Shown: in pieces, positions 34,348 through 44,090 of the stretch
How positions within the stretch are numbered: the stretch's first letter is position 1
Layout of the letters: every line of letters starts with the position of its first letter
DNA from: Chloroflexota bacterium
Lineage (GTDB): Bacteria; Chloroflexota; Dehalococcoidia; UBA2979
Length of the DNA stretch: 46,024 bases
Reading direction: 5' to 3'
Assembly: GCA_016866055.1 (NCBI GenBank)
Contig: VGNK01000001.1
Location: 1 to 46,024, forward strand
Notes under the pieces: generated by a model
What the model saw: only the letters and a program-made list of their open reading frames with translations
Told to the model about the DNA's origin: nothing
Database searches by the model: none
Program-made: the position numbers and the translations under genes

Positions 34348-35544
34348 ATGGGGGCATTCGTGACCGACCGAGCGGTCCCGCTCGAGGGCGTGAAGGTGCT
34401 CGAGCTCGCGGAGGGGGTGGCCGGGCCCTTCGCGGGCAAGATGATGGGGGCGATGGGGGCCGACGTCATCAAGGTCGAGCCGCCCGGTCGCGGCGACGCC
34501 GCCCGCGCCTTCCCACCGTTCCTCGACGACGCGCCGCACCCGGAGACCAGCGGCCTCTTCCTCTACTTGAACACGAACAAGCGCGGCGTCACCCTCGACC
34601 TCGCCCACCCGAGCGGGCGGGAGCTCGCCCGGCGCCTCGTCGGCTGGGCCGACGTCATCGTCGAGAGCTCCGCGCCGGGGCGGCTCGCGGAGTGGGGCCT
34701 CGGCTACGAAGCGATCGCCCCGCTCAACCCCGGCGCGATCCTGGTGTCGGTCACGCCGTTCGGACAGGACGGCCCGTACCGCGACTACCAGTCGAGCGAC
34801 CTCGTCGCGCTCGCGCTCGGCGGATTGCTGTACATCACCGGCGACCCGGATCGCGAGCCGCTCAAGCTCGGCGGGCAACCCTCGGAGTACTTCGCCGGCC
34901 TCGCCGCGTTCTCCGCCGCGATGGTCGCGCTGCATCACCGCGACGCGGGCGGGGAGGGACAGCACGTCGACGTCTCGGTGCTCGAGGGGATCGCGACCGC
35001 GCAGATGTACGCGGGGCTGAACTACGCGTACCTGCACGAGAACCGCCGCCGGCAGAACGCGTTCGCGCCGATGTTTCGCGCGAAGGACGGGCACGTCGGC
35101 GTGATGTACCGCCAGCCGAACTGGCCGACCTTCTGCGAGATGATCGGTCACCCCGAGCTCGTGCGCGACGAACGGTTCCGCGACGTCGCCGCGCGGCGCG
35201 ACCACGCCGGTGAGCTCAACGCGATCGTCGCCGAGTGGATGGCGTCGCAGCCGAAGGAGGAGCTCTACCACCGCGCGCAGGCCGCGCGCATGCCGTTCGG
35301 CTACATCTGCGACGCTCGCGACCTCATCGAGTCACCGCAGTACGGCGCGCGGGGGTACTTCCAGGAGATCGACCATCCGCTGGCGGGCCGCCACCTGTAC
35401 CCGGGGATGCCGATCCACTGGGGCCACGAGCGCTGGGAGCTGCACGGCGCGCCGCTGCTCGGCGCGCACAACGCGGAGGTGTACGGCGGTCTCGGCGTCT
35501 CGGGCGAGGAGCTCGCCGTGCTCCGAGCGTGCGGCGCCATCTAG
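34348..35544 (+). CDS. family III CoA-transferase, A-type of a tandem pair
   Basis: 'GVKVLELAEGVAGPFAGKMMGAMGADVIKVEPP', 'FGQDGPY', 'ITGDPDREP'. 398 aa. Resembles 5396..6595. Confidence 0.9.
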   Translation: MGAFVTDRAVPLEGVKVLELAEGVAGPFAGKMMGAMGADVIKVEPPGRGDAARAFPPFLDDAPHPETSGLFLYLNTNKRGVTLDLAHPSGRELARRLVGWADVIVESSAPGRLAEWGLGYEAIAPLNPGAILVSVTPFGQDGPYRDYQSSDLVALALGGLLYITGDPDREPLKLGGQPSEYFAGLAAFSAAMVALHHRDAGGEGQHVDVSVLEGIATAQMYAGLNYAYLHENRRRQNAFAPMFRAKDGHVGVMYRQPNWPTFCEMIGHPELVRDERFRDVAARRDHAGELNAIVAEWMASQPKEELYHRAQAARMPFGYICDARDLIESPQYGARGYFQEIDHPLAGRHLYPGMPIHWGHERWELHGAPLLGAHNAEVYGGLGVSGEELAVLRACGAI

Positions 35545-35575
35545 CCGGGGCGGGCGCGGCGGGAGGGAGAGCCGT

Positions 35576-36853
35576 ATGACGCCGAGGGCGCTCGCGGGGC
35601 TGCGCGTGCTGGACGGGACCCAGGTCTGGGCGGGTCCGACCTGCACCAAGCTGCTCGGGGACATGGGAGCGGAGGTGATCAAGGTCGAATCCGCGCGCCG
35701 CCTCGATGTCGCGCGCGGCGAGGTGAACCCGCGCTCGGGCGCCGGAATCTACCCCGACGGCGATCCGCAGGAACGCCCCTGGAACCGCGCCGGACTCTAC
35801 AACGACCGCAACCGGAACAAGCGCAACATCTGCCTCGACCTCACGCACCCGCGCGGGGTCGACGCGTTCAAGCGGCTCGCCGCGAAGAGCGACGTCGTCA
35901 CCGAGAGCTTCCGCAGCGGAGTGATGGAGCGCTTCGGGCTCGGCTACGACGACCTCCGCCAGGTCCGCGACGACATCATCATGGTGAGCCTCTCGAGCCA
36001 GGGCGCGACGGGGCCGGAGCGGGCGTACGGCTCGTTCGGCGCGACGCTCGAGCAGACCGCGGGGATCGCGTCGATGACCGGCTACCGCGGCGGCGACCCG
36101 ACGACCTCGGGGACGTTCTTCCCGGACCCGGTGGTCGCGGTCTTCTCCGTGGGATGCATCCTCGCCGCGGTGCGTCAGCGCGACCGCACGGGTCGCGGCA
36201 CGTACCTCGACCTCTCGCAGCGCGAGGTCACGACCTCGATCGTCGGCGAGATGGTGATGGACTACACGATGAACGGCCGGCGGTGGGAGCCGATCGGCAA
36301 CCGCCACCGCGTCTTCGCGCCGCAGGGCGTGTACCCGTGCGCGGGCGACGACATGTGGATCGCGATCACGGTGCGGTCGGACGCGGAGTGGGCGGCGCTC
36401 GCGCGCGTGATGGGGCGGCCCGAGCTGGCGGAGGACCCGCGGCTCGCGGGCGTGCTCGGCCGGCGCGCGGAGCACGACCGGCTCGACGCGACGATCGCGG
36501 AGTGGACCTGCCAGCGCGACGCCTACGCGACGATGCGCGAGCTGCAGGCCGCGGGGGTCGCGGCGGGGGTGGCCACGCAGGGTCACCAGCTCTTCGAGGA
36601 TCCGCAGCTCGTCGCGCGCGGCTTCTGGGAGGAGGTCGACCACCCGGAGGCCGGGCGGCACCCGTACCTCTCGCGGCCGTTCAAGCTCTCGAAGACGCCC
36701 GGCGGGACGTACTCCTACGCGCCGCTGCTCGGCGAGCACACGGAGGTGGTGCTGCGCGAGGTGGCGGGGATGAGCGACGAGGAGATCCGCGAGCTCACCG
36801 AGCTCGGCGTCACTTCGAACGACCCGACGGCGTTCGCCCCGGTGGAGGACTAA
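35576..36853 (+). CDS. family III CoA-transferase, B-type of a tandem pair
   Basis: ATG 35576 with GGGAGGGAGA SD. 'GLRVLDGTQVWAGPTCTKLLGDMGAEVIKVES', an insertion with 'ERPWNR'. 425 aa. Resembles 6592..7836. Confidence 0.9.
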   Translation: MTPRALAGLRVLDGTQVWAGPTCTKLLGDMGAEVIKVESARRLDVARGEVNPRSGAGIYPDGDPQERPWNRAGLYNDRNRNKRNICLDLTHPRGVDAFKRLAAKSDVVTESFRSGVMERFGLGYDDLRQVRDDIIMVSLSSQGATGPERAYGSFGATLEQTAGIASMTGYRGGDPTTSGTFFPDPVVAVFSVGCILAAVRQRDRTGRGTYLDLSQREVTTSIVGEMVMDYTMNGRRWEPIGNRHRVFAPQGVYPCAGDDMWIAITVRSDAEWAALARVMGRPELAEDPRLAGVLGRRAEHDRLDATIAEWTCQRDAYATMRELQAAGVAAGVATQGHQLFEDPQLVARGFWEEVDHPEAGRHPYLSRPFKLSKTPGGTYSYAPLLGEHTEVVLREVAGMSDEEIRELTELGVTSNDPTAFAPVED

Positions 36854-37056
36854 GGTCGCGCGGATGCGTCGGAGGGTGGGCGCGGAGCGTGACGGTGCGC
36901 CCGCGTCCGCGGCCGCCCGCGCTCCGCGAGCAACCCCGCGACTCGCGTGGCGGCGGGCTCGCGCACGCCGCTCGCCCCAGAGCGCGCGACGGCGGCGCAC
37001 CCGGCGCCGAGCGAGTCGCGCCCGGACCGGTCGGCCGCGACGCGCGCGGGACCGCG

Positions 37057-37923
37057 TCAGTAGCCCCGGAAGCTCGCCTGTCGCTTCTCGATGAAGGCGC
37101 GTACGCCCTCCTTGTGGTCGTACGTCTCGCGCGTCAATCCCTGCGCGCGCGACGCGAGCGGGAGGTGCTGCGAGAGGTCCTGCTGGTACCCCTGGTGGAT
37201 CAGCTGCTTCACGATGCCCATCGCAAAGACGGGCCCCTTCGCAAGCTTCGTCGCCAGCTCGAGCGTCTTCTCCATCAGCTGATCGTCCGGCGCGAGCCAG
37301 TTCGCGAGGCCGATGCGGTACGCCTCCGCGCCGGTGACGGGGTCGCCGGAGTACTGCATCCAGAGCGCGTTCGACATCCCCACGAGCTTCGGCAGCTGCC
37401 AGGCGCTGCCGTCGGCAGGCACGAGCCCGTTGCGGATGAAGGCCTCGTTGAAGCGCGCCGACTCCGCCGCGACGCGGAAGTCGCAGCTGAGCGCGATGCC
37501 GCAGCCGAGGCCGTACGCGTGGCCGTTCACCGCCGCGAACGACGGCTTCTGCAGGTTGTGCAGTTTCGTCACGATCGGCGGGCCGGAGCTGAACCGAAGC
37601 GTCTCACGCGATGCGTAGATCGGGTCGAGCCGCTCCCACGGAGAGGGGCCGCCCTCATCGCCCCCGTCGGCCTGCGCCTTCTCCGCCTCGCGCTCCTCGA
37701 TGCCGCGCGCGAAGCCGCGTACGTTGGCGCCCGACGAGAACGCGCGGCCCGCGCCCGTGATCACGAGCGAGCGCAGCGCGCGGTCGTGCTCGAAGCGGTC
37801 GATCTCCGAGAGCAACTCCGTCATGAGCGGCTCGCCGAGCGCGTTGAGCGTCGACGGGTCGTCCATCGTCAGGATCAGCACTCCGTCGGCGGTGGTCTCG
37901 GACTTGATCTTCTCGAACGCCAT
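37057..37923 (-). CDS. enoyl-CoA hydratase/isomerase
   Basis: 'LILTMDDPSTLNAL', 'FSSGANV', 'AAVNGHAYGLG', 'EGVRAFIEKR'. 288 aa. Confidence 0.9.
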   Translation of the reverse strand: MAFEKIKSETTADGVLILTMDDPSTLNALGEPLMTELLSEIDRFEHDRALRSLVITGAGRAFSSGANVRGFARGIEEREAEKAQADGGDEGGPSPWERLDPIYASRETLRFSSGPPIVTKLHNLQKPSFAAVNGHAYGLGCGIALSCDFRVAAESARFNEAFIRNGLVPADGSAWQLPKLVGMSNALWMQYSGDPVTGAEAYRIGLANWLAPDDQLMEKTLELATKLAKGPVFAMGIVKQLIHQGYQQDLSQHLPLASRAQGLTRETYDHKEGVRAFIEKRQASFRGY

Positions 37924-38173
37924 CCCGGGGTCGCTCCTTCCGCGAGCGGCGGCCGAGCTGCCCGGGCGGCCGCGGGGGAGATCGCGGCGACGGCCGGGGT
38001 GCGCTCGGCAGCCCCGTCAGTGCGCGCGCTAGGTACCACACACGGCATAGCACAGCAAGGAGCGGCGGGACGCGCGCGGCGAGCCGTGGAGGGCAGCGCG
38101 CGGCGCGCGTATCGTGGGTCGTGGCCCGCCGTCGGCGCGGGCGATCGCGCCGAGCGACGGGAGCCGCGGGCCG

Positions 38174-39457
38174 ATGAACCGCGTCGTGGGCAGCACGTTC
38201 GCCGCGTTGCGCGTGCGCAGCTTCGCGATCCTCTTCTGGGGATCGTTCTTCTCGTTCACGGCGTTCTTCATGTCGACGGTCGTGCAGTCGATCGTCGCAT
38301 TCCAGCTCACCGGCCGGAACGGCGCGGTCGGCGTGGTGCTGCTCGGTCAGGGGCTCGCGATGGCGCTGCTCGGCCCGCTCGGGGGCGCGGTGGCCGACCG
38401 CGTGCCGAAGAAGCTCGTCAGCGTGGTCACGCAGCTCGTGATCGCGTGCGTCTTCCTCGCGATCGGGATGCTCGTCGCGGCCGGCGCGGTCACGATCGCG
38501 TTCCTCGCGCTCGGGTCGTTCGTCGTGGGCACGATGTTCGCGTTCATGGGCCCGGCGCGGCAGGCCTGGGTCGTGGAGCTCGTCGGGCCCGAGCTGCGCG
38601 CGAACGCCGTCGCGCTCACGCAGGTCATGCTGAACGCCTCGCGCGTCATCGCGCCGGCGTTCGCCGGCCTGCTCGTCGCGATCGCGGTCGTCGGGGCGGC
38701 GGGCGCGTACTTCGTCATGGCGTCGTTCTACGTGGTGGTGGTGCTCTCGTTCCTGTTGCTGCCGCGTTCGCGGAGGCCCGAGGCGAGCGGGCGCTCGGTG
38801 ATGGGCGACCTCGTCGCGGGGTTCCGCTACGTCGGGGGCGAGCCGCGGCTGCGCGCGATGATGTTGCTGTTCTTCCTCATGATCATGCTCGGGCTCTCGG
38901 CGTACGCCGCGGTGCTGCCCGGGCTCGTCGAGAACCAGCTCGGGCGCAGCGTCGAAGCGTATGGCACGCTGCAGGCGGTGAACGCCGCCGGCGGGCTCGT
39001 GGCGAGCCTGTTCGTCGCGCCGCTGGCCGGGACGCGCCGCGCCTTCCCCGCCTACGCGCTGATGGCAGCGATCACCGGGATCTCGATCGTGCTCACCGGG
39101 CTCGCGCCGACCTATCTGATCGCGTTCGTGCCGATCCTGATGAACGGGGTCGCGTTCGGCGCGTTCCAGACGCTCAACAGCGCAGTGATCGTTCTCGAGA
39201 GCGACCCCGCCTACTACGGGCGCGTGACCTCGCTCACGAGCCTGGCGTTCGCAGGCTTCATGCTCGCGGGCTTCCCGGTCGGGCTGCTCGCGGACGCGCT
39301 CGGCGAGCGCGTGGCGCTCGTGATCCTCGGGTTGCTCACGACGGCGGCGGTGATCGTGATGACCCCGATCATCGCGCGTGCCTCGCGCGCGGCGCGCCAC
39401 GCGGAGCCCGCGTGCGGTCGCGGTGCCGCGCGCGAGCGCGTCACGCCCTCGCGCTAG
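38174..39457 (+). CDS. MFS transporter (MFS_3-like)
   Basis: ATG 38174 preferred over GTG 38114. 'LRVRSFAILFWGSFFSFTAFFM', 'GPLGGAVADRVPKK', multiple hydrophobic segments. 427 aa. Confidence 0.75.
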   Translation: MNRVVGSTFAALRVRSFAILFWGSFFSFTAFFMSTVVQSIVAFQLTGRNGAVGVVLLGQGLAMALLGPLGGAVADRVPKKLVSVVTQLVIACVFLAIGMLVAAGAVTIAFLALGSFVVGTMFAFMGPARQAWVVELVGPELRANAVALTQVMLNASRVIAPAFAGLLVAIAVVGAAGAYFVMASFYVVVVLSFLLLPRSRRPEASGRSVMGDLVAGFRYVGGEPRLRAMMLLFFLMIMLGLSAYAAVLPGLVENQLGRSVEAYGTLQAVNAAGGLVASLFVAPLAGTRRAFPAYALMAAITGISIVLTGLAPTYLIAFVPILMNGVAFGAFQTLNSAVIVLESDPAYYGRVTSLTSLAFAGFMLAGFPVGLLADALGERVALVILGLLTTAAVIVMTPIIARASRAARHAEPACGRGAARERVTPSR

Positions 39458-40796
39458 GCGCTGGCATGCCCCCGACCCCCTCGGCCGCCGCGCGCGAGGG
39501 CCGCCGCGCGAGCGAGATCAGGAGCACGGCCACCAGCGAGAACGCCGCCACCGCCAGGAACGCGCCGTCGTAGTTCCCCACCTGGTCGAAGTAGAGGGAG
39601 GCGAGCAGCGGCGCGCTCGCGCTCAGCAGCAGCGCAAACGGCATCCCCGCGCTGCGCACCGCCCCGAGGTAGCGACGCCCGAAGAACGTCGCCCAGACCA
39701 CCTCCTGCAGCGGGATGAAGCCACCCCACCCGGTGCCGAGCAGGAAGAACGCGACGTAGACGAGCGGGTCGATGCGCGCGCGCACGCTCACCACGATCAG
39801 CGCCATCGCTGCCGCGGTGAGCACGAAGCCGACGTTCGAGAGTCGTTGCGCGTCCGCGCGGTCGATGAAGTACCCCCAAACCGGCTTCGTCACCATCGCC
39901 GGCACCGAGGCGACCGTGATCATGAGCGCCGCCACGGCGCGCGAGTAGCCAGCGTCGGTCATGAACGGGATCGTCTGCACGAGCATCATCCCGATCGAGA
40001 GTCCGCCGAGGCCGAACGCGAACACAACGAGGTAGAACGACGAGGTGCGCATCGCCTGGCGACGCGTCATCGACGAGGCGAGGTCGGCCGCCGCGCGTTG
40101 CCCGCCCCCCGCGGCGATCTCCTCCGCGGACTTGCCGTCGGGCTGGAGGCCGTAGTCCTCGGGCGCGCGGCGCATCGCGAACGAGAGCGGGACGATGATC
40201 GCGGCGGCGCCGAGCGCGAGCAGGCGCCACGCGGCGCGCCAGCCGACCTCGTCGATCAGTACCGTGGCGAACGGGGTGAGCGCGACCCCCGCGAACGAGA
40301 CGCCCATCGAGGCGAAGCCGGCGGCGCGCCCGCGCTTCTCGACGAACCACTTCGCGAGCGTCACGTTGACGACGAGGTTGCCCATCATCGCGGCGCCGGC
40401 CGTGAGCGCGAGGCCGTTGAGCAGCCACCATTGCCAGAGCTCGGTGACGTACGAGCACGCGACCATCGACGCGACGAGGATCGCGACGCCCACCCGCATC
40501 AGCCGGCGCCCGCCGTGGCGGTCGACGTAGGCGCCGATCATGAGCCCCGCGAAGGCGAAGACGAACTGGCCGAGGGTGCGCGCGAGCGTGTACTCGGAGC
40601 GCGTCCAGCCGAGGTCGTCGGTCATCGGCTTGAAGAACGGCCCGAAGACGTAGTTCTGGGCGCCGACGGAGACGAACTGCGCGATGAAGGCGACCACGAC
40701 GAGCCAGTAGCCGTAGTAGATGCGGGGGCGCCGGGCCGCGGCGAGGGCGGGGGCGTCCGGCGCAGCGGCGAGCCTCTCCGTCGGCTGGCGGGCCAC
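39441..40796 (-). CDS. MFS transporter (oxalate/formate-antiporter-like or monocarboxylate type)
   Basis: GTG start with GAGAGGA SD. 'YYGYWLVVVAFIAQFVSVGAQNYVFGPFFKPMTDDLGWT', 'GAYVDRHGGRR'. 451 aa. 17-nt convergent overlap with 38174..39457. Confidence 0.8.
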   Translation of the reverse strand: MARQPTERLAAAPDAPALAAARRPRIYYGYWLVVVAFIAQFVSVGAQNYVFGPFFKPMTDDLGWTRSEYTLARTLGQFVFAFAGLMIGAYVDRHGGRRLMRVGVAILVASMVACSYVTELWQWWLLNGLALTAGAAMMGNLVVNVTLAKWFVEKRGRAAGFASMGVSFAGVALTPFATVLIDEVGWRAAWRLLALGAAAIIVPLSFAMRRAPEDYGLQPDGKSAEEIAAGGGQRAAADLASSMTRRQAMRTSSFYLVVFAFGLGGLSIGMMLVQTIPFMTDAGYSRAVAALMITVASVPAMVTKPVWGYFIDRADAQRLSNVGFVLTAAAMALIVVSVRARIDPLVYVAFFLLGTGWGGFIPLQEVVWATFFGRRYLGAVRSAGMPFALLLSASAPLLASLYFDQVGNYDGAFLAVAAFSLVAVLLISLARRPSRAAAEGVGGMPAPSARA

Positions 40797-41042
40797 GCGC
40801 CGTCCTCTCGCCCTGCCGCCTGGGGTGCGGCGGGCCGCTGGATCCTACCGCGCGCCCCGTGCAACGTCCCATGCCCGGGACGGGCGGGTCATTACCAAAC
40901 CTCTACTCAACCCCAACGCTGGACCGCCTTGTGACGCACGGCCCGCGGGCGGAGACTCGCGAGGCGTCGCCAGGGCCGGCTCAGGACGCGGGGGCGGAGT
41001 ACCGGCGTCACCGGTGCCAGGCCCGCGCGGTCCTCGCGGCGA

Positions 41043-41755
41043 GTGCTCTTCGCCCGCCAGGGGGAGCAGATCGCGCGGGAGCAGGCCTTCCTCGCCGACT
41101 CGTCCCACGTGCTGCGCACGCCGCTCGCGGTGCTGCGCGGCAACATCGACCTGCTCGAGGGCGCGGGGAGCGAGGGGGAGCGCCGCGAGGCGCCGCTGCA
41201 CGCGCGCTCCGCGCTGGAGACCATGTCGCGCACGGTCGGCGGTCTGCTGCTGCTGGCGCGCGACGAGGCGAGCGCGGAGGCCTGGGAGATCGTCGACCTC
41301 TCGCGCCTCGCGTCCGCACTCGTGGAGGGGGCGCGGACGGCCTCGCCCGCGCTCGCGCTGAGCGCCGAGGTGGCGCCCGGGCTTGAGGTGAGCAACGACC
41401 CGCACCAGCTGCAGGAGCTCGTCGGCGCGCTGCTGGAGAACGCGACCCGCTACACGCTCCCCGGGGGCAGCGTCGTCATGCGGGTGGCGCCGGGCGAGGG
41501 GCACACGGCGGTCGTCGAGATCGAGGACACCGGGTCGGACTCTCCGCGGAGGAGGCGCGGCGGGCCACCGAGCGCCTCTTCCGCGGCTACCGCGCGCGGC
41601 GGCTCTCCCCGGGCGGCACCGAGTTGAGGCTGTCGATCGCCGTGCGCATCGCGCAGATGCACGGCGGCCGCCTCGCCCTGGCCCCGCGCGCGGAGGGCGG
41701 GGCGCTCGCGCGCCTCGTCCTACCGCTACTTGGCGACGATCCTCAGGATCCCTGA
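41043..41755 (+). pseudogene. histidine kinase remnant (DHp + ATPase only), frameshifted
   Basis: H box 'FLADSSHVLRTPLAVLRGN', N box 'LLENATRYT', G1 'EIEDTGS'. The frame changes at 41537-41539 to 'GLSAEEARRATERLFRGYRA...GGTELRLSIAVRIAQMHGGRLAL...' (stop at 41753-41755). No transmembrane/sensor/HAMP part and no adjacent response regulator. Confidence 0.7.
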
Positions 41756-41836
41756 CCGGCGTCTTGCGATGGCCTTGCGGGTCCCGTGCCGTCGTCATCA
41801 CGATCATGAAGTCGGGCTGTTCGAAGGGACCGGTCG

Positions 41837-42493
41837 ATGACGACGACGGGAACCGACTGGGCGCAGCTCGCCACGCTCGAGCGAGCCACGCGCGAGCGGA
41901 TGATTCACGAGCAGCTCACCTCCGTGCTGGCGCTCGATGAGGGGGCGCGCCTCAGCGCGGTGCGCGAGATGATCCAGGCGGAGTACGTCCTCCCGGACCC
42001 GGAGCTCATGCCGTTCACGGCGAGCCGGCTGCGGGCCTGGACGCAGATCGCGAAGCACGATCTCGAGCGCGCGCGGCTGCTCGCGAAAGCCTACGACGCG
42101 GTGTTCGACGGTCTCCCCGCGGAGCTGGCGATGCGCCGCGCGCGCGTCGTGCAGACGGTTGCCCGCGAGGAGTTGCAGCCGGAGGAGGTCGATCTCCTCT
42201 TCGAGCTCATCCCGTGGCTGGTGCGGCACGTGCCGGGGCGGACGGCGAGCCAGTTCGCCGGCCGCGACGGAAGGTCGCGGGCCGCGGCGCGCGCGCAGTC
42301 CACGCCCGCCGCGAAGGCGTGGTGGAAGTTCTGGCAGAAGGGCGCCACCGCAGGCTCGACGGCTGCGCCCGGGCTGCCCGGCCGGACGAGCGATGCCAGG
42401 GGGGCCGGCTCGAGGGGTGCGCCGCGCACGGGGCGCCGGCGCACCCTCGAGACGGGCGGCGGTCTCACCCGCCGCTCGGTCTGGACGGTGCGG
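41837..42493 (+). CDS. hypothetical protein, 3' end uncertain
   Basis: ATG with GAAGGGA SD and good codon bias over roughly the first 170 codons ('MTTTGTDWAQLATLERATRERMIHEQL...LFELIPWLVRHVP...KAWWKFWQK'). The frame has no stop until 43981 because it runs in register antisense to the MFS gene, so the end given is only the point where that gene begins. Confidence 0.4.
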
Positions 42494-43810
42494 TCAGTCG
42501 CCGACGACGCCGGCGCCCGCCATCGCGGTCCGCGGTCGGAACTCCCCGTGCCTGAGCACGTGGCGCAGCTCCGAGAGCGAGAGCGCCGCGATCCCGAAGA
42601 AGACGAGCCAGGCGATCCCGGGCACGATCAGCAGCGGCCGCACGCCGATGACGTCCGCGAGCCAGCCGAAGCCGAAGTTCATCATCGCCATGTGCCCGGC
42701 GGCGAGCATCATGTAGATGGCGGTCACGCGGCCGCGCATCGAGTCCGGCACGATCGTCAGCACGAGGGTCAACGAGATCGCCATGTAGGTGGCCTGCGTG
42801 CCGCCCGCCAGCGCCGCCCCCAGCACGGCGAGCGCGGGCGTCTCCACGAGCCCGAGCACAAGCATCGCGAGCCCGCTGCCGGCCCCGGTGAGCGCGAGCG
42901 CGCGGCCCTGCAGCGCGTGGCCGCGCACCATCGAGATCGCGAGCGTGCCGGTGATCGCGCCCGCGCCGACGCCCATCACGATGGCGCTGTACGTGCTGCT
43001 GCCCCCGCCGAGGTCCGTCGCCAGGCGCGGCATCATCGAGTCGAACGCCATCGTGAACCCGCAGTGGATCGCGACGCAGCCGAGGATGACCACCAGGCGC
43101 CGGTCGGCGAAGGCGTAGGCGAAGCCGTCGCGGACGTCGCGCGCGATGACGCGCACCGCCACGCGCGCCGCACTGCCCTCCGCGGTCGCCTCGGCGGCGC
43201 GCTCCGTCGGCCGGTAGCGCAGCCGCGTGAGCTGGCGGAGCGCGAACGTGAGCCCGATCGCGGCGAAGAGGAAGACGAAGCCGGCCCCGAGCGTCTCGAG
43301 CAGGATGCCGCCGAGCAGCGGACCGGCGAAGCGCGAGCCGTGGCGCGTCACGCCGCTCAACGAGACCGCGTTCAGCAGCTGCTCGCGGGGGACGACGCTC
43401 GGGATCAGCGCCTGCAGCGCCGGCTGCGACCCGGAGACCGCGATGCCGTCGACGGCGGCGAGCACCACCACGTGCCAGACCTCGACGCCGCCGCCGAGCG
43501 TGAGCGCCGCGAGCGTCGCGGCGGAGAGCGCGAGCAGCGCGACGCCGACCATCGCCTGGCGGCGGCGGTCGAGCCGATCCGCGAGCGCGCCGGCGACGGG
43601 GCTCACGAAGATGAACTGCGCCATCGCCGCGAACGTGACGATCCCGACGGCGAAGGAGGAGTTCGTCAGCTCGAAGACGAGCCAGCCCCGCGCCAGCATG
43701 AGCGCCCAGCGCGAGGCCGCCGTGAAGAAGTCGTTGAAGAAGAGCCGGCGGAAGTCCGGCGATGCGAAGGCCGGCATCCGCCCGAGCAGTGGTCCGGAGA
43801 GCGCTCGCAT
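42494..43810 (-). CDS. MFS transporter (MFS_3 / EntS-like)
   Basis: 'FRRLFFNDFFTAASRWALMLARGWLVFELT', 'PVAGALADRLDRR', about 12 hydrophobic segments. 438 aa. Confidence 0.85.
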   Translation of the reverse strand: MRALSGPLLGRMPAFASPDFRRLFFNDFFTAASRWALMLARGWLVFELTNSSFAVGIVTFAAMAQFIFVSPVAGALADRLDRRRQAMVGVALLALSAATLAALTLGGGVEVWHVVVLAAVDGIAVSGSQPALQALIPSVVPREQLLNAVSLSGVTRHGSRFAGPLLGGILLETLGAGFVFLFAAIGLTFALRQLTRLRYRPTERAAEATAEGSAARVAVRVIARDVRDGFAYAFADRRLVVILGCVAIHCGFTMAFDSMMPRLATDLGGGSSTYSAIVMGVGAGAITGTLAISMVRGHALQGRALALTGAGSGLAMLVLGLVETPALAVLGAALAGGTQATYMAISLTLVLTIVPDSMRGRVTAIYMMLAAGHMAMMNFGFGWLADVIGVRPLLIVPGIAWLVFFGIAALSLSELRHVLRHGEFRPRTAMAGAGVVGD

Positions 43811-43816
43811 CGCTGG

Positions 43817-43822
43817 AGTATA
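43817..43822 (-). promoter_or_regulatory. -10-like TATACT 6 nt upstream of the MFS ATG (possible leaderless transcript)
   Basis: The minus strand reads CCTATACTCCAGCGATG. The spacing puts a typical transcription start at or next to the A of the ATG, and there is no SD. Confidence 0.3.
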
Positions 43823-43981
43823 GGTCGCGCCCCGATCGGCGCGGCTCCCGCCACATCCGCCAGACGGGGCGGCCCGCCGCGGGAAGGCGCACCACGGGAT
43901 GGCGAGGCGCGGCGGCTGCTCCGCGACCTGCGGGGGCCGGCGCGTCGCTGGACGCCGCGCCCGGCTGCGTCAGGAATTTGA

Positions 43982-44013
43982 CTCGCGCGCGAGCGTTATA
44001 GTGAGCCGGCTCA
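43982..44013 (+). promoter_or_regulatory. TATAGT box flanked by two perfect 12-nt palindromes
   Basis: CTCGCGCGCGAG (43982-43993), TATAGT (43997-44002), TGAGCCGGCTCA (44002-44013), read directly. Lies about 80 nt upstream of the ACAD start. Confidence 0.3.
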
Positions 44014-44090
44014 TCGAGGGCGTGTGCCGCGCGGCCGGGCACATCAGGGCGGGCCGGATCGCCTTCGCGACCGGTACGAAGGAGTGGACG

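Noticed and set aside
36154-39573. 1139-aa ORF on the plus strand, the longest in the track
   Set aside because: Arg/Ala/Gly/Pro-rich with no recognisable motifs. It overlaps, out of frame or antisense, three well-supported genes (CoA-transferase, enoyl-CoA hydratase, MFS). This is a typical stop-free shadow frame of very GC-rich DNA.
8687-41539. Programmed ribosomal frameshifting or other recoding at the frame breaks
   Set aside because: No X-XXY-YYZ slippery heptamer with a downstream structure appears at any break. Several genes carry multiple breaks plus truncations, and the gene families involved are not known to use recoding.
43978-43983. TTGACT as the -35 element for the TATAGT box at 43997
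   Set aside because: The spacing is only 13 nt, too short for a sigma-70-type promoter. A similar TTGACT at 7935-7940 has 17-nt spacing but only a poor -10 (TAGAAC) and precedes a decayed gene, so neither was called.
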